Shown here piece after piece: positions 48,125-58,290 of a stretch of 64,000 nucleotides of DNA (position 1 is the stretch's first letter; the number at the start of each line of letters is the position of its first letter). Location: the NCBI GenBank assembly GCA_965207375.1, contig OZ242274.1:640001-704000 (forward strand). Reading direction: 5' to 3'. The stretch comes from Nitrosopumilaceae archaeon. Its GTDB lineage: Archaea > Thermoproteota > Nitrososphaeria > Nitrososphaerales > Nitrosopumilaceae. Both the position numbers and the translations under genes were made by a program. The notes beneath the pieces are model-generated. The model worked only from the letters and a program-made list of their open reading frames with translations. It made no database searches and was not told the origin of the DNA.

Positions 48125-48418
48125 TTAGAGAGTTAATACTTGTGATAAGTTAAATTCTTTGTTTGGTCTTCCAAGAGAATCTAACATGTCAGATACTGCA
48201 TACCATGCATTTTGCATTGTTTCTTTTTCATCAACACCATCAGTCACAACACCGGGCAAATCAGGACAAGTAGCTACAAAACGCCCATCTTCGTCCTGTT
48301 GTAAAATTATGCGATAAACTTTAGTTTGTGCACTAGATGTTTGAGAACTTGAAATTGTCCTAGTAATACTTGATGGAAATGATCTAGTCAATTCAATACG
48401 TGTTGTTTCTTGTAACAT
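48125..48418 (-). CDS. HicB-family antitoxin
   Basis: QDEDGRFVATCPDLPGVVTDG..ETMQNA. Confidence 0.9.
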   Translation of the reverse strand: MLQETTRIELTRSFPSSITRTISSSQTSSAQTKVYRIILQQDEDGRFVATCPDLPGVVTDGVDEKETMQNAWYAVSDMLDSLGRPNKEFNLSQVLTL

Positions 48419-48533
48419 ATGTCTCGCTTCTGATTGTATTATTTTAATCTACATTTAAGGTTAATGTTGTACCGTTATCTTGGTATTAAAAACTCTATAA
48501 TAATGCCTGGCCTTTTCTTGTGGGCTACGCCTC

Positions 48534-49411
48534 TTACTCATGTCCTTGATCTACCTCCTGCGCCCATAAGCATTCTGTTTTGATCGATCCTATTCTAGCG
48601 AGGTCCCACCAGCAGTTTTTGGTTGAGATGTTGCTTCTGAATTCGTTTGTGGCCTGATTGATAGTTACACATTGAACATTATTTATCTTGGCATATCTTG
48701 TTTTTAATTTTTCTACATCGTTGTGACTGAGCAAGTGATCTACCCCATAAGTTACTAAGACAAAGTGTTTTGTGTTGTTTTGATGTTCTGCATATCTTTC
48801 TAATTTTTGAAAGTTTAGAAACTTCCTTTTACACTCTTTAATTTCCTTAATGATGGCGGAACCTTTTCCTTTTTTTATTTCAAGAACAACTTCCAAAACT
48901 GTAGAATATAGATAACACAAGTTTATGAAAGTTGTTATTGGCTAACCAAAACTTTTAGGTTTTTTACGCCGGTAGGTTTTGCTGCCCTAGATCGTATTTG
49001 CCATAGATTCTTTACAAACACCTCAATGTTGTTTTCTTCTACTAGTGCCTTGCCGGTTACACAGTACCTTGTTCCCTCCAAATTTAGTTTTGTTGTATAT
49101 GCCTGTAGAATTTTTTTTGAGGATCTCATCGCGGCATTGCGCATGGGTAGACAGTTTGTGTGTCTGTCCTTGGTGCACCTTAACATGAAATACACATTTT
49201 TCATAGTTTTGTTAGGTCGTTTAACCAATTACTGCATCTCCAGAATTAAGAATCTAGAATTACAGAATATATATCTACAAACGTCATATCTGACAAATTT
49301 TATGTTTTTATTTTTTATCGGAAAGAGATTTGCCCAAATTGGTTGCATGCTTTCTACAATTTGGTAAAAATCCATGTTTTTGATACATGTTCTGCCATAG
49401 TCCACATACAT
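48534..49411 (-). pseudogene. Probable decayed gene of unknown function in three pieces
   Basis: 49229-49411 and 48935-49228 are in frame and separated by one TAA; 48534-48920 follows in another frame; IS66 inserted just upstream. Confidence 0.45.
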
Positions 49412-49681
49412 TCATTATTTATTTTCCTAGACGAATATAAAGAATTTTTGTAACTGTTTCGCCTTTTGAAGCTTCAGTCTAGTTATATGCTCCAGATTTG
49501 CTTGCCAAGAAATTTGTACCTGATGATCTAATTTCTGTCACACTCTATCTAAAATGTGCATGATGTAATGTTCCATCGACTATCAAATGATGGAACAAGC
49601 ACATCAGCAAAATAGGCTCGTAGATTATCTATTTAAGCTAAATGAACTAGTATCAAGTCAGAATTTCAGGGGCAAAAAGAA

Positions 49682-50173
49682 TTGACCTGTTCTGAGGCCC
49701 AATCTGAGAACATGCGCCATGCAGATAGGCCGTGCCTCAAGAAAGAATGCAAGTGCTGTAAATGGTGGTTGCAACAAACCGGCATTGACAAGATATGTAC
49801 AAACAATGTCAAAGAAGTATCTGAGATAATATCCAAAAATAAAGAGAAATCAGATAGATTAGTTATAGAAAACACATCTCTTGCCAAAGACAACAAAAAG
49901 TATCAAAAGACAAACCAAGAGTTAAGAGCCAAGAAAAACGGCATCAAGGCAGTTACTGCAGCAGACAAGGACTGCAAAAAGGACAAGGACAAACCTCGTG
50001 GCAGGCCCAAGGGACAAAAGGCCACCATAAACAAGCGACCAGAGCACATAGACCGAGAAGAAACAGTAGATGGCCCTTGCTGCCCCGACTGTGGCACAAA
50101 GATGTCTGAAAAGATAACTAGTCAATACGACAGGGTGGCCACGCTAGTACACACCATACAGGAAAATGTACTG
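49682..50173 (+). pseudogene. IS66 transposase N-terminal part
   Basis: Coiled coil, RGRPKG, CPDCG Zn finger; joins in frame with 51259 after removing the IS5. Confidence 0.85.
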
Positions 50174-51255
50174 AGATGTGATTCGTAATTAGCAAATTTC
50201 CCTAAATTTCACGCCTAGCAATACCAAAAAGATCCAAATATCACCCGAATCTACCACAACTCATGATGTCCTATGAAAAACTGGTAAAAAATACCAGAAG
50301 ATTTCGTGCCATAACAGGCATGTCTACCAAAGAATTTGATTTGTTGGTATCTAAGGTGGAAAAAAAGTATCCAAGAGCAGAAAAAAAGAGACTCTCTAGA
50401 GAAAACAGAGTGCGCGCAATAGGTGCAGGCCGCAGATTCGCATTAAATGTACGAGACCAGGTGATGCTACTTTTGTTTTACTATCGTACATACTGCACAC
50501 AAGATGTAGCAGCAGTCATGTTTGAAATAGGACAAGCATCAGTATCGCGCTCTATTACCCATATAGAGCCCATCCTCAAACTATGCATTCCTATACCTTC
50601 CAAAATACATGACAAGATGCAAAGAATTTCCTCCATAGAGGAATTAGAAGAGATTCTTCCAGGTCTTAGATGTCTTGTTGATGCCTCAGAACAGAAAATA
50701 CAAAGACCAGGACGCAAGGACATGGAAAAGTCTCACTATTCGGGCAAAGCAGGAGCGCACACCTCTAAGATACAATATACGACTAACACGCATGGACTAA
50801 TCGTGCACAAGACACGTCATTCACCCGGAAAAGTACATGACGTTACAGTATACAAGAAAAAACCTCCAACATTTCCAGAGAAAATACCTGATGAAGCACA
50901 GGTCACCATATATGCAGACAGAGGATACCAAGGGGCACCTGAGGTTCCCGGAGGGACACTGTGCACCCCAATCAAAAAGAAAAAGGGTGCAAAGCTCACA
51001 GAAGGGCAAAAAGAATACAACAAAATCCACTCAAAGATTCGTGTATATGTAGAACATGCAATACGCAGGGTCAAAACATGGCGTATTATGGGAAACGTAT
51101 ACAGGAATCCACTCATAAAATACGACCGGATCAATGATATTGTGTGCGGTTTGGTAAACCGCAGCATATTGTGGCGGTTAGATCAGATGGCCTGACTGAA
51201 ACAGGGCATCTGGATGGCAGTAGGCACGCATAAAAAATAATTACGGATCACCTCT
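50174..51255 (+). mobile_element. IS5-family (ISL2-like) element
   Basis: 18-bp TIR AGATGTGATTCGTAATTA / AGAGGTGATCCGTAATTA; CTG TSD at 50171-50173 and 51256-51258. Confidence 0.92.
50263..51195 (+). CDS. IS5-family DDE transposase (HTH_Tnp_4 + DDE_Tnp_4-like), intact
   Basis: LVDASE..RP, YSGK, HD, ADRGYQG, RVYVEHAIRRVK. Confidence 0.92.
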   Translation: MMSYEKLVKNTRRFRAITGMSTKEFDLLVSKVEKKYPRAEKKRLSRENRVRAIGAGRRFALNVRDQVMLLLFYYRTYCTQDVAAVMFEIGQASVSRSITHIEPILKLCIPIPSKIHDKMQRISSIEELEEILPGLRCLVDASEQKIQRPGRKDMEKSHYSGKAGAHTSKIQYTTNTHGLIVHKTRHSPGKVHDVTVYKKKPPTFPEKIPDEAQVTIYADRGYQGAPEVPGGTLCTPIKKKKGAKLTEGQKEYNKIHSKIRVYVEHAIRRVKTWRIMGNVYRNPLIKYDRINDIVCGLVNRSILWRLDQMA

Positions 51256-51258
51256 CTG

Positions 51259-52218
51259 TACAACATGAAAAGACGCTGGTGTTCTAAATGTAAAAAGCAA
51301 AAATCCCAGCCCATCCCAGGAGTAGATCGTTATGCACGCCGTTCATCAAGACATACAGCTGCTACGGTATCTTTGAACCTGTCAGGCATGTCTCACGGCA
51401 GAACTGCAGAGCATTCAAAGGACATAATGGGGGTAAACATATCACGCGCAGCAGCATATCGAGACAAGATGTCATTGGCCAAAAAATGTGCACCCATGCG
51501 AGATTCCATAAGAGAAGATATTCTCAAGGAGCCAAACCTAAGATGTGACGAGTTCTGGTGGCCAATCAATGGTAAACAAGGATACGTACTAGCTGCACTA
51601 GGCAAAAACAGCTGTCTGATGGAGGTATCTCAAACCAGAAAAATAGAGGCGTTAAAGAAATTTCTGCCTAGATACAAGGGAATTTCATCGCATGACTCGT
51701 ATCCTGGATGGCTGCACGTAACATCGATTCATCAGATGTGCATGGCACATCAGATTCGGCTGCCAAAAAAGGAGATCAAATACGGCAATCCCAAGGGAGA
51801 CGTACTAAAATTTCTAAACGAACTTGTACATCTATGCAAGCAACACTATTTTGCAGACAAGATAACTGATATGCACTCAAGAAAGGTGGCAGCCAACTGT
51901 CTTGACAGTCAAATGCGTCAGCTTATGAACGCAGAATGGACAGATGACAAGCAAGGTACGATACGCAGATTCCAAAAGAGATGGAGAAGGGAAGGATACT
52001 ACACCACGACGTTTCTGACAATTGAGGGGATTGAACCTGACAACAACGGAGTGGAGAGAATGAACCGGCGTTTTGTATCAATACGGCATGATGGAGGTGG
52101 GAATCGTTCTGATGCAGGCATGGAGACCAATTCCATACTGTTTACAATACTTGCAACTAGCAAGATTCAAGATACTAGTTTTTATGACCTTCTAAGAAAT
52201 TCCTACAGCCCAGGATAG
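51259..52218 (+). pseudogene. IS66 transposase C-terminal part
   Basis: CSKC, RCDE, HDSY, QMCMAHQIR, EPDNNGVERMNR. Confidence 0.88.
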
Positions 52219-52346
52219 CATTATCCTTTCTGTATATCATATCCTGAGGAATATCAAATTGCAATGATAGGGGATGTTGCGCATGACTATCTGAGATAGC
52301 TTCAAAAAGCGAAACAGTTACGAATTTTTATAATTGATTGTATGTC

Positions 52347-52517
52347 CTACAGACCTAGCACACTCTTGCCAAGTTCTTTGTTACCCTGTCTTGGAACTTG
52401 TGTTCTTTTACCATCCTTGTGAAAAACAACATGACGTTGTCCTTGATGCGCGCTGAATCCTTGCTTGAGCAAATACTCTATCATTTTACGGTTGGTTACT
52501 ATAGGTAGTTTAGACAC
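52347..52517 (-). pseudogene. Truncated second hicA copy (56 aa)
   Basis: MSKLPIVTNRKMIEYLLKQGF..VPRQGNKELGKSVLGL*; H-to-Q change and loss of the last helix. Confidence 0.85.
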
Positions 52518-52811
52518 TTAGAAAGTTAATACTTGTGATAAGTTAAATTCTTTGTTTGGCATTCCAAGAGAATCTAACATGTCAGATACTGCATACCATG
52601 CATTTTGCATTGCTTCTTTTTCATCAGCACCATCAGTTACAACACCTGGCAAATCAGGACAAGTAACTATAAAACGTCCATCTTTATCCTGTTGTAAAAT
52701 TACATGATAAATTTTAGTTTGTGGATTAGATGTTTGAAAACCTAAAATTGTCATAGTAATACTTGATGGAAATGATCTAGTCAATTCAATACGTGATGTT
52801 TCTTGTAACAT
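52518..52811 (-). CDS. HicB-family antitoxin, second copy
   Basis: Colinear paralog of 48125-48418. Confidence 0.88.
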   Translation of the reverse strand: MLQETSRIELTRSFPSSITMTILGFQTSNPQTKIYHVILQQDKDGRFIVTCPDLPGVVTDGADEKEAMQNAWYAVSDMLDSLGMPNKEFNLSQVLTF

Positions 52812-52919
52812 ATGTCTTGCCTCTGATCGTATTATTTTAATCTACATTTAAGGTCAACGTTGTACAGTTACCTTGTTGGAAGCTATTGCCATAATGATAC
52901 ATACAAGGACAATACATAA

Positions 52920-53084
52920 CTATCCGAAATCAGCATCACGTTTTTGACTCTGATTTTCGTTTGCCCTAGCAGCTGCCCTGAACTCGTCATCATGATTTTG
53001 TGGACCGTGACTGCACTTTACACATTCGATTCTAAAACCGTCAGAATTTTTTTCATACTGTTTACATCCGCAAAAGCATGTCAT
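52920..53084 (-). CDS. Small Cys/His-rich protein (54 aa)
   Basis: Manual translation MTCFCGCKQYEKNSDGFRIECVKCSHGPQNHDDEFRAAARANENQSQKRDADFG; TATA-like box upstream. Confidence 0.65.
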   Translation of the reverse strand: MTCFCGCKQYEKNSDGFRIECVKCSHGPQNHDDEFRAAARANENQSQKRDADFG

Positions 53085-53124
53085 GGTTTTGTATGGTACT
53101 ATAATATCATATAATCTATTCTGT

Positions 53125-54867
53125 GATTCTCCAGCGTTATCTGTTGGTCAAAGTCAATATGCAAATTTTCTCCGAATTGCCCGTGCCTAAAATTTCTTCA
53201 ATTGTTACATAGTTTGTTCTTGTGCAGGTAAAAGAGATCAAAAATTTAACCATTTTTTCAAAATTTGTTAACCCACATGATCCAAATACACACGACATGT
53301 AGTCCCATCGATTACCACAATGATGGGACAAACACATCAAAAACCATGTACAGGATCAAAATTTAAACTACACGAAAAATTTGAGGCTATACGAAACAAG
53401 ACATCTACACTGCTTACGCGCAGTACTGACAAAATGACACGAGTTACCAGATGGATGAGTACACGTGTATCCTGGAGTAAGGGTGCACAAGGGCGTGGAA
53501 ACCGTGCCTTGAAAATACTAGAAACACAAAATGCAATAAAAAAAGTCAAACCTAACCATTACACAGTACAGTCCCAATCTAAGGACAACATCAGATATAC
53601 CGTGATACAGAAAAAAAATTCTTGGTCATGTGACTGTCCAGATTACAAATACAGACAAGCTCAATGCAAACACATCCTGGCAGTAATTGCAGATGTAACA
53701 GATAGAGAGGCAGAGACAATAATGGATGGACACCCCAAAGATGCGTCTGAGCTGCCTTGCCAGGACAAACAGATCAAAGATACAGATGACAGCACTGAAA
53801 AGGTCACAGAAATATGTCTAATAGAAATCCCATCCCACTGTATTCGTTGCGGTAACGACCGTCTCATAAAATATGGTCATATACAGCGTCAAAATGGCAT
53901 TACACAGCGATACCAATGCAAAAATTGCAAGCGTGTTTTTGGGTACAGAGGCGGCATGGAACATGCACGAATAGAATCATGGGCAATTCTAGATGCACTT
54001 GATGCCTACTTTAAAGGACATACACCTACTGCAATACAAGACACGCTAGCACAAAAGGGAGTGTATGTGTGTATATCTACGATATACAGATGGATAATCA
54101 AATTTGTAACAATGGCGTATAGATACCTGATGTCACTTTCAATTAATACAGGCAATCGATTCTGTGCAGACGAGGAATACATTTCAATAAGAGGTAAACA
54201 AAATTATCTTTTTGCAGAGACTGATTATGATACCCGATTTTTGCTGGCATTGGAGGTTGCAGACTGCAAGGACGGACACAATGCAGAAAATCTACTCAAA
54301 ACTGCAGCAGTTCGTGCCGGAAAGAAACCTACAGAATTTGTAAGCGATGCCCTGCCCTCATATGCACAGGCATTTGAATCAGTGTATGCTGCACCAAACG
54401 CGATACATCAACATTGTATACACATATCAAATGCAGGAATTTCCAAAAAGAACAACAACAATGTCCAGGAAAGATTCAATGGAACATTACGTTCTATACA
54501 ACGACCCAGACGCGGCATTAAAAGTAAAAACTCGCCAATATTTGCAGGATGTGATATTTATTACAATTTCATGCGACCTCACTCGAGTCTTGGAGGCAGG
54601 ACGCCTGCAGAGGCTGCAGGCATAACTATACACGGACAAAAGTGGAGGACCGTAATATCAAACGCTGCACTGTACGTGCAATAAACTATAATGTCAAAGT
54701 TACATGTGTGATGAAACAGTGACAACTCGGAGAAGATTATGTTCTGCTAATGTGTGATTGCTTTGATAATGTGTGATTGATCTGCTGGTACAGGCAGTAA
54801 TCTAGGCACGGGCAATCCAGAGAAAATTTGTATATTGACTTTTACCAACAATTAATGCTGGAGAATC
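53125..54867 (+). mobile_element. IS6-like element with about 65-bp imperfect TIRs
   Basis: TIR GATTCTCCAGC..GCCCGTGCCTA at both ends; 8-bp TSD TATTCTGT at 53117-53124 and 54868-54875. Confidence 0.92.
53320..54684 (+). CDS. IS6-like DDE transposase with N-terminal SWIM finger and Zn ribbon
   Basis: CDCPD..CKHI SWIM, CIRC..CKNC ribbon, ADE, VSD, NNVQERFNG, YNFMRPH..TPAE; start may be downstream. Confidence 0.88.
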   Translation: MMGQTHQKPCTGSKFKLHEKFEAIRNKTSTLLTRSTDKMTRVTRWMSTRVSWSKGAQGRGNRALKILETQNAIKKVKPNHYTVQSQSKDNIRYTVIQKKNSWSCDCPDYKYRQAQCKHILAVIADVTDREAETIMDGHPKDASELPCQDKQIKDTDDSTEKVTEICLIEIPSHCIRCGNDRLIKYGHIQRQNGITQRYQCKNCKRVFGYRGGMEHARIESWAILDALDAYFKGHTPTAIQDTLAQKGVYVCISTIYRWIIKFVTMAYRYLMSLSINTGNRFCADEEYISIRGKQNYLFAETDYDTRFLLALEVADCKDGHNAENLLKTAAVRAGKKPTEFVSDALPSYAQAFESVYAAPNAIHQHCIHISNAGISKKNNNNVQERFNGTLRSIQRPRRGIKSKNSPIFAGCDIYYNFMRPHSSLGGRTPAEAAGITIHGQKWRTVISNAALYVQ

Positions 54868-55322
54868 TATTCTGTAACTGCCTCACAGCATGAACCCTTT
54901 GGAATTTCATGTCCGTGTGGGCACACCCTTGGGTGATTCAGCATGGTACATAGCGCATCGGTAAACTGCTTATTCATGTGATGTTCAATGCCACAGACCA
55001 TTTCTTCATCTATCTCAACCTTTAATGCGCTATCCATCAATACCTCCAATAACCTACTGTTTCTCATCATGCTTGCACCTATTTTTTCACCATCCTCTGT
55101 GAGGCTTACTCCAGCCTTTGAATAGTTGACCAAATTTTGACTGCTCAATTTTTTTAGCATCTGAACTACACTTGGCTGTCTTACGTTGAGCATCTTTGCA
55201 ATGCTGCTAATCTTGACGTCCTGACCCCGTTCCTTAATGTGCCATATTGCCTTTAGGTACATCTCGACATGTTCTGCCTCGGCTGTTCCCACAAACAGAA
55301 TCTCGTCATTTGTCGCCTCCAT
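54867..55322 (-). CDS. DtxR/MntR-family metal-dependent transcriptional regulator
   Basis: EMYLKAI, PSVVQMLKKL, RLLE, IEHH, CPHGHEIP. Confidence 0.93.
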   Translation of the reverse strand: MEATNDEILFVGTAEAEHVEMYLKAIWHIKERGQDVKISSIAKMLNVRQPSVVQMLKKLSSQNLVNYSKAGVSLTEDGEKIGASMMRNSRLLEVLMDSALKVEIDEEMVCGIEHHMNKQFTDALCTMLNHPRVCPHGHEIPKGSCCEAVTE

Positions 55323-55324
55323 AT

Positions 55325-56092
55325 CTATACCTTCTTTGAATCTTTTAATAAATATTCAAAGTATTCCCTTGCAAAACCTGCCAATCCAGCATGATCCGCC
55401 CAGATTGCCACTGCCTCTGAACTGTTGGTTCCTCCGATTTCACCACCCAATAAAATCACAACATATCTTTTATCAGAGATAATGCCTCCGCCAAACAGGC
55501 CTTTTTTTATCTTGACAGTTGCCACCCTAGATGCTGCCTTTAGCGCTTCTTTGTCCATCTTGTCTGATGTAAGTATTGTAATTTTGATTCCTTTATCATG
55601 TAACAGTCGCAGCTTTGGCAGTGCCTGTTTTACCAGTTCCTGGCTTGCCTCAGGCAATGCAATCAAAACCTCATTTCTGCAATTTTCCACCATTTCTAGT
55701 ATCTTTGTGGCAATGTTTATGGTACCTGACAATACCCAGATGTCAGGCTTTTCACTTGTCCCACTTTTTTCGTATAGGGGTACAAGCTCGTTTAGAATTA
55801 TAGTTTGATTCTGCAAAAAATCAAGCTCCATTTTCTGCTTTGTGGTTTCTATACCAGTTGCAGGCGACTTTGCAAAATATTTTGTAGGCCTAGAGTCATC
55901 TGATCCTATCCATCCCTTTTCTTCTAATGTACCCAAAACCTCGTAAATCTTTGAATATGGGACTCCTGATCTCTGGCTCAACTCCGAGGCTGTGAGTTCC
56001 GTAGAGGTCAGCAGTGACGTAAATGTTTTAATCTCATAACTTGTCAATCCTATCTTATCTAGGGACTTTCTGGTCTTGTCTGAGATGCTCAT
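55325..56092 (-). CDS. TrmB-family transcriptional regulator
   Basis: GLTSYE, SGVPYSKIYEVL..LEEKG, RPTKY. Confidence 0.93.
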   Translation of the reverse strand: MSISDKTRKSLDKIGLTSYEIKTFTSLLTSTELTASELSQRSGVPYSKIYEVLGTLEEKGWIGSDDSRPTKYFAKSPATGIETTKQKMELDFLQNQTIILNELVPLYEKSGTSEKPDIWVLSGTINIATKILEMVENCRNEVLIALPEASQELVKQALPKLRLLHDKGIKITILTSDKMDKEALKAASRVATVKIKKGLFGGGIISDKRYVVILLGGEIGGTNSSEAVAIWADHAGLAGFAREYFEYLLKDSKKV

Positions 56093-56206
56093 GCGATCTA
56101 GTTTTTAGTTTTTGCTATTTAAACCCGCCACGACTGTATCCTAAATTACCTCGGGGGTAGAGTGGGAAATGCATTATATACTAATTTGCTAGAATTTTTC
56201 TAGTAT

Positions 56207-57871
56207 ATGGCATTAATACAAATTTCCAATCAATCTACAGTACCTGTAGGCAAAAAATCAACAATACGATTTACCCAGAGTATCTGTCCTGACTGCAACA
56301 TGATTTTAGATGCAGAGGTTTTTGAAAGAGACAACAAGGTGTTTATGTCAAAAATTTGTCCGACTCACGGCGAATGTGAGGAACTCTATTTTGGCTCTTA
56401 TGAGCTGTATAACAAATTCAGTACGTACTGGGTGGATGGCAAGGGTGCACACGCCCCAAATGTTATGATTGACAAGTGTTCATGTCCAAACAATTGTGGA
56501 CTCTGCTCAAATCACCTGTCTCACAGTGGTCTTGCAAACATGATTGTTACAAACAGATGTGATCTGACTTGCTGGTACTGTTTCTTTTATGTCAAAAAAG
56601 GATTGGAGGGTGCATACATGTACGAACCATCCCGTGATCAGGTCAGAGCAATGATGAAGACACTAAAGGCAGAAAGGCCGATTCCAGGAAACTCTATGCA
56701 GATTACAGGCGGTGAGCCGATGCTGCGTGAGGATATTACAAAAGTTATCAAAATTATGAAGGAGGAGGGTGTTGATCACATCCAGATGAACACCAATGGA
56801 ATAAGACACGCAATGGACCCAGAGGCTGCACGCGATGTAAGGCTTGCAGGCTGCAATAACCTGTATCTCAGCTTTGACGGCGTAACTGCAAGAACAAATC
56901 CTAAAAATCACTGGGAAATTCCTTATGCACTAGACAGCTGTAGAAAGACCGGTACTACCGTAGTGTTTGTTCCAACTGTAATAAAGTCAATTAATGATCA
57001 CGAACTAGGCGGAATTATAAGATATGCACAAAAGAACATGGACGTGGTTCACGCTGTAAACTTTCAGCCCGTATCTCTTACAGGTAGAATGGGCAAGACC
57101 GAACGTGAAAAGTATAGAATTACTGTACCTGATTGTATTCAAAGAATCGAAGAGCAGACAGGCGGCGAGGTCACAATGGATGACTGGTTCCCAGTACCTA
57201 GTTGCATGCCGCTGACAAATGTAATTGAGGCATTCTCAAGCAAGCCAAAGTACGAACTTTCAATCCACTTTGCATGCGGTGCAGGAACATATGTCTTTGA
57301 GGACGCAGATACCAAAAAGTTTGTTCCACTGACAAAATTCTGTGACATTCAGGGCATGCTTGAACTATTTGAGGACAAGGCCGAAGAGATTCGTTCTGGC
57401 AAAAACAAGTACTTTACGATGCTTGAAGTAGTAAGAAAACTCTCAAGCTTTGTTGACAAGAAAAAGCAACCAGCCGGTCTTGATTTGGCAAAGATGTTTG
57501 GCAATATTTTGATGAAGAGATCCTTTGATGCAGTAGGTTCTTGGCATGTAAAGGGACTATTTTTGGGCATGATGCACTTTCAGGACAAGTACAATGAGGA
57601 TCTTGAGCGACTGCAAAGATGTGATATTCATTATGTTACGCCGGACCTTAGAATCATCCCATTTTGCGCATTTAATGTGATTCCAGAATGGTACAGGGAC
57701 AGAATTCAAAAGAAATATTCCATAACCGTAGAGGAATGGGAACAACGCGAGGGCGTAAAACTTGAAGACGGCTTGTACCGTGGTCTAATGAGACGCGGAG
57801 CAGGTGATGAGCTTGCAGCAGGATGTGCAAAAAGCGAAATGTTCCACCAGACATCTCAGGCTACGATGTAA
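56207..57871 (+). CDS. tes: Tetraether lipid synthase (radical SAM, MJ0619 family)
   Basis: N-terminal SICPDC..KICPTHG, CPNNCGLCSNH, NRCDLTCWYCF, GMMHFQDKYN..RLQRCDIHY..IPFCAFN. Confidence 0.9.
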   Translation: MALIQISNQSTVPVGKKSTIRFTQSICPDCNMILDAEVFERDNKVFMSKICPTHGECEELYFGSYELYNKFSTYWVDGKGAHAPNVMIDKCSCPNNCGLCSNHLSHSGLANMIVTNRCDLTCWYCFFYVKKGLEGAYMYEPSRDQVRAMMKTLKAERPIPGNSMQITGGEPMLREDITKVIKIMKEEGVDHIQMNTNGIRHAMDPEAARDVRLAGCNNLYLSFDGVTARTNPKNHWEIPYALDSCRKTGTTVVFVPTVIKSINDHELGGIIRYAQKNMDVVHAVNFQPVSLTGRMGKTEREKYRITVPDCIQRIEEQTGGEVTMDDWFPVPSCMPLTNVIEAFSSKPKYELSIHFACGAGTYVFEDADTKKFVPLTKFCDIQGMLELFEDKAEEIRSGKNKYFTMLEVVRKLSSFVDKKKQPAGLDLAKMFGNILMKRSFDAVGSWHVKGLFLGMMHFQDKYNEDLERLQRCDIHYVTPDLRIIPFCAFNVIPEWYRDRIQKKYSITVEEWEQREGVKLEDGLYRGLMRRGAGDELAAGCAKSEMFHQTSQATM

Positions 57872-57878
57872 ATCAAAG

Positions 57879-58154
57879 ATGAATACAGAAACTCTAGATA
57901 ATTTTATTGATGTGATTTTAGAAAAAAACAGTGTACAACCATATGCTATTTTTTCTGATAAAAATTATGGTAACGAGGATATGGTATGCAGCTTTTTTAG
58001 CTTTCTGGTATCAAAATGTATTCTCAGATGTGCCCCTAGATACATCGATAATGGGGTGTATGTATTTTCAAATCCGGGACGCATAATAATGCAGGATAAA
58101 GCAAAGAGAACATCATTTATTGAAGAATTTATGAAATTCTATGATCCATGTTAA
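57879..58154 (+). CDS. Hypothetical protein
   Basis: 91-aa ORF 7 nt after tes; no motif recognised. Confidence 0.45.
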   Translation: MNTETLDNFIDVILEKNSVQPYAIFSDKNYGNEDMVCSFFSFLVSKCILRCAPRYIDNGVYVFSNPGRIIMQDKAKRTSFIEEFMKFYDPC

Positions 58155-58166
58155 TGCCTTGTTGTT

Positions 58167-58234
58167 GTAACTGATCCATCTGGGAGATTTTATGCCTAAA
58201 ACTTGCAAAGTTTTTAGTTTTAAATGGCTCTTAC
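58167..58234. mobile_element. Putative GTAA..TTAC mini-element
   Basis: Starts GTAACTG and shares GATTTTATGCxxAAAAC with 10364-10500; ends CTCTTAC like 59344 and 46986. Confidence 0.4.
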
Positions 58235-58290
58235 ACAAAATTTCCAAATATGGTGATCTATTACTTTTTATTTTGTGACATGTATGATAA

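Larger units (their letters stand above)
49450..52321 (+). mobile_element. IS66-family element interrupted by a nested IS5
   Basis: 24-bp TIR GTAACTGTTTCGC(C/T)TTTTGAAGCT; 8-bp TSD GAATTTTT at 49442-49449 and 52322-52329. Confidence 0.93.
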
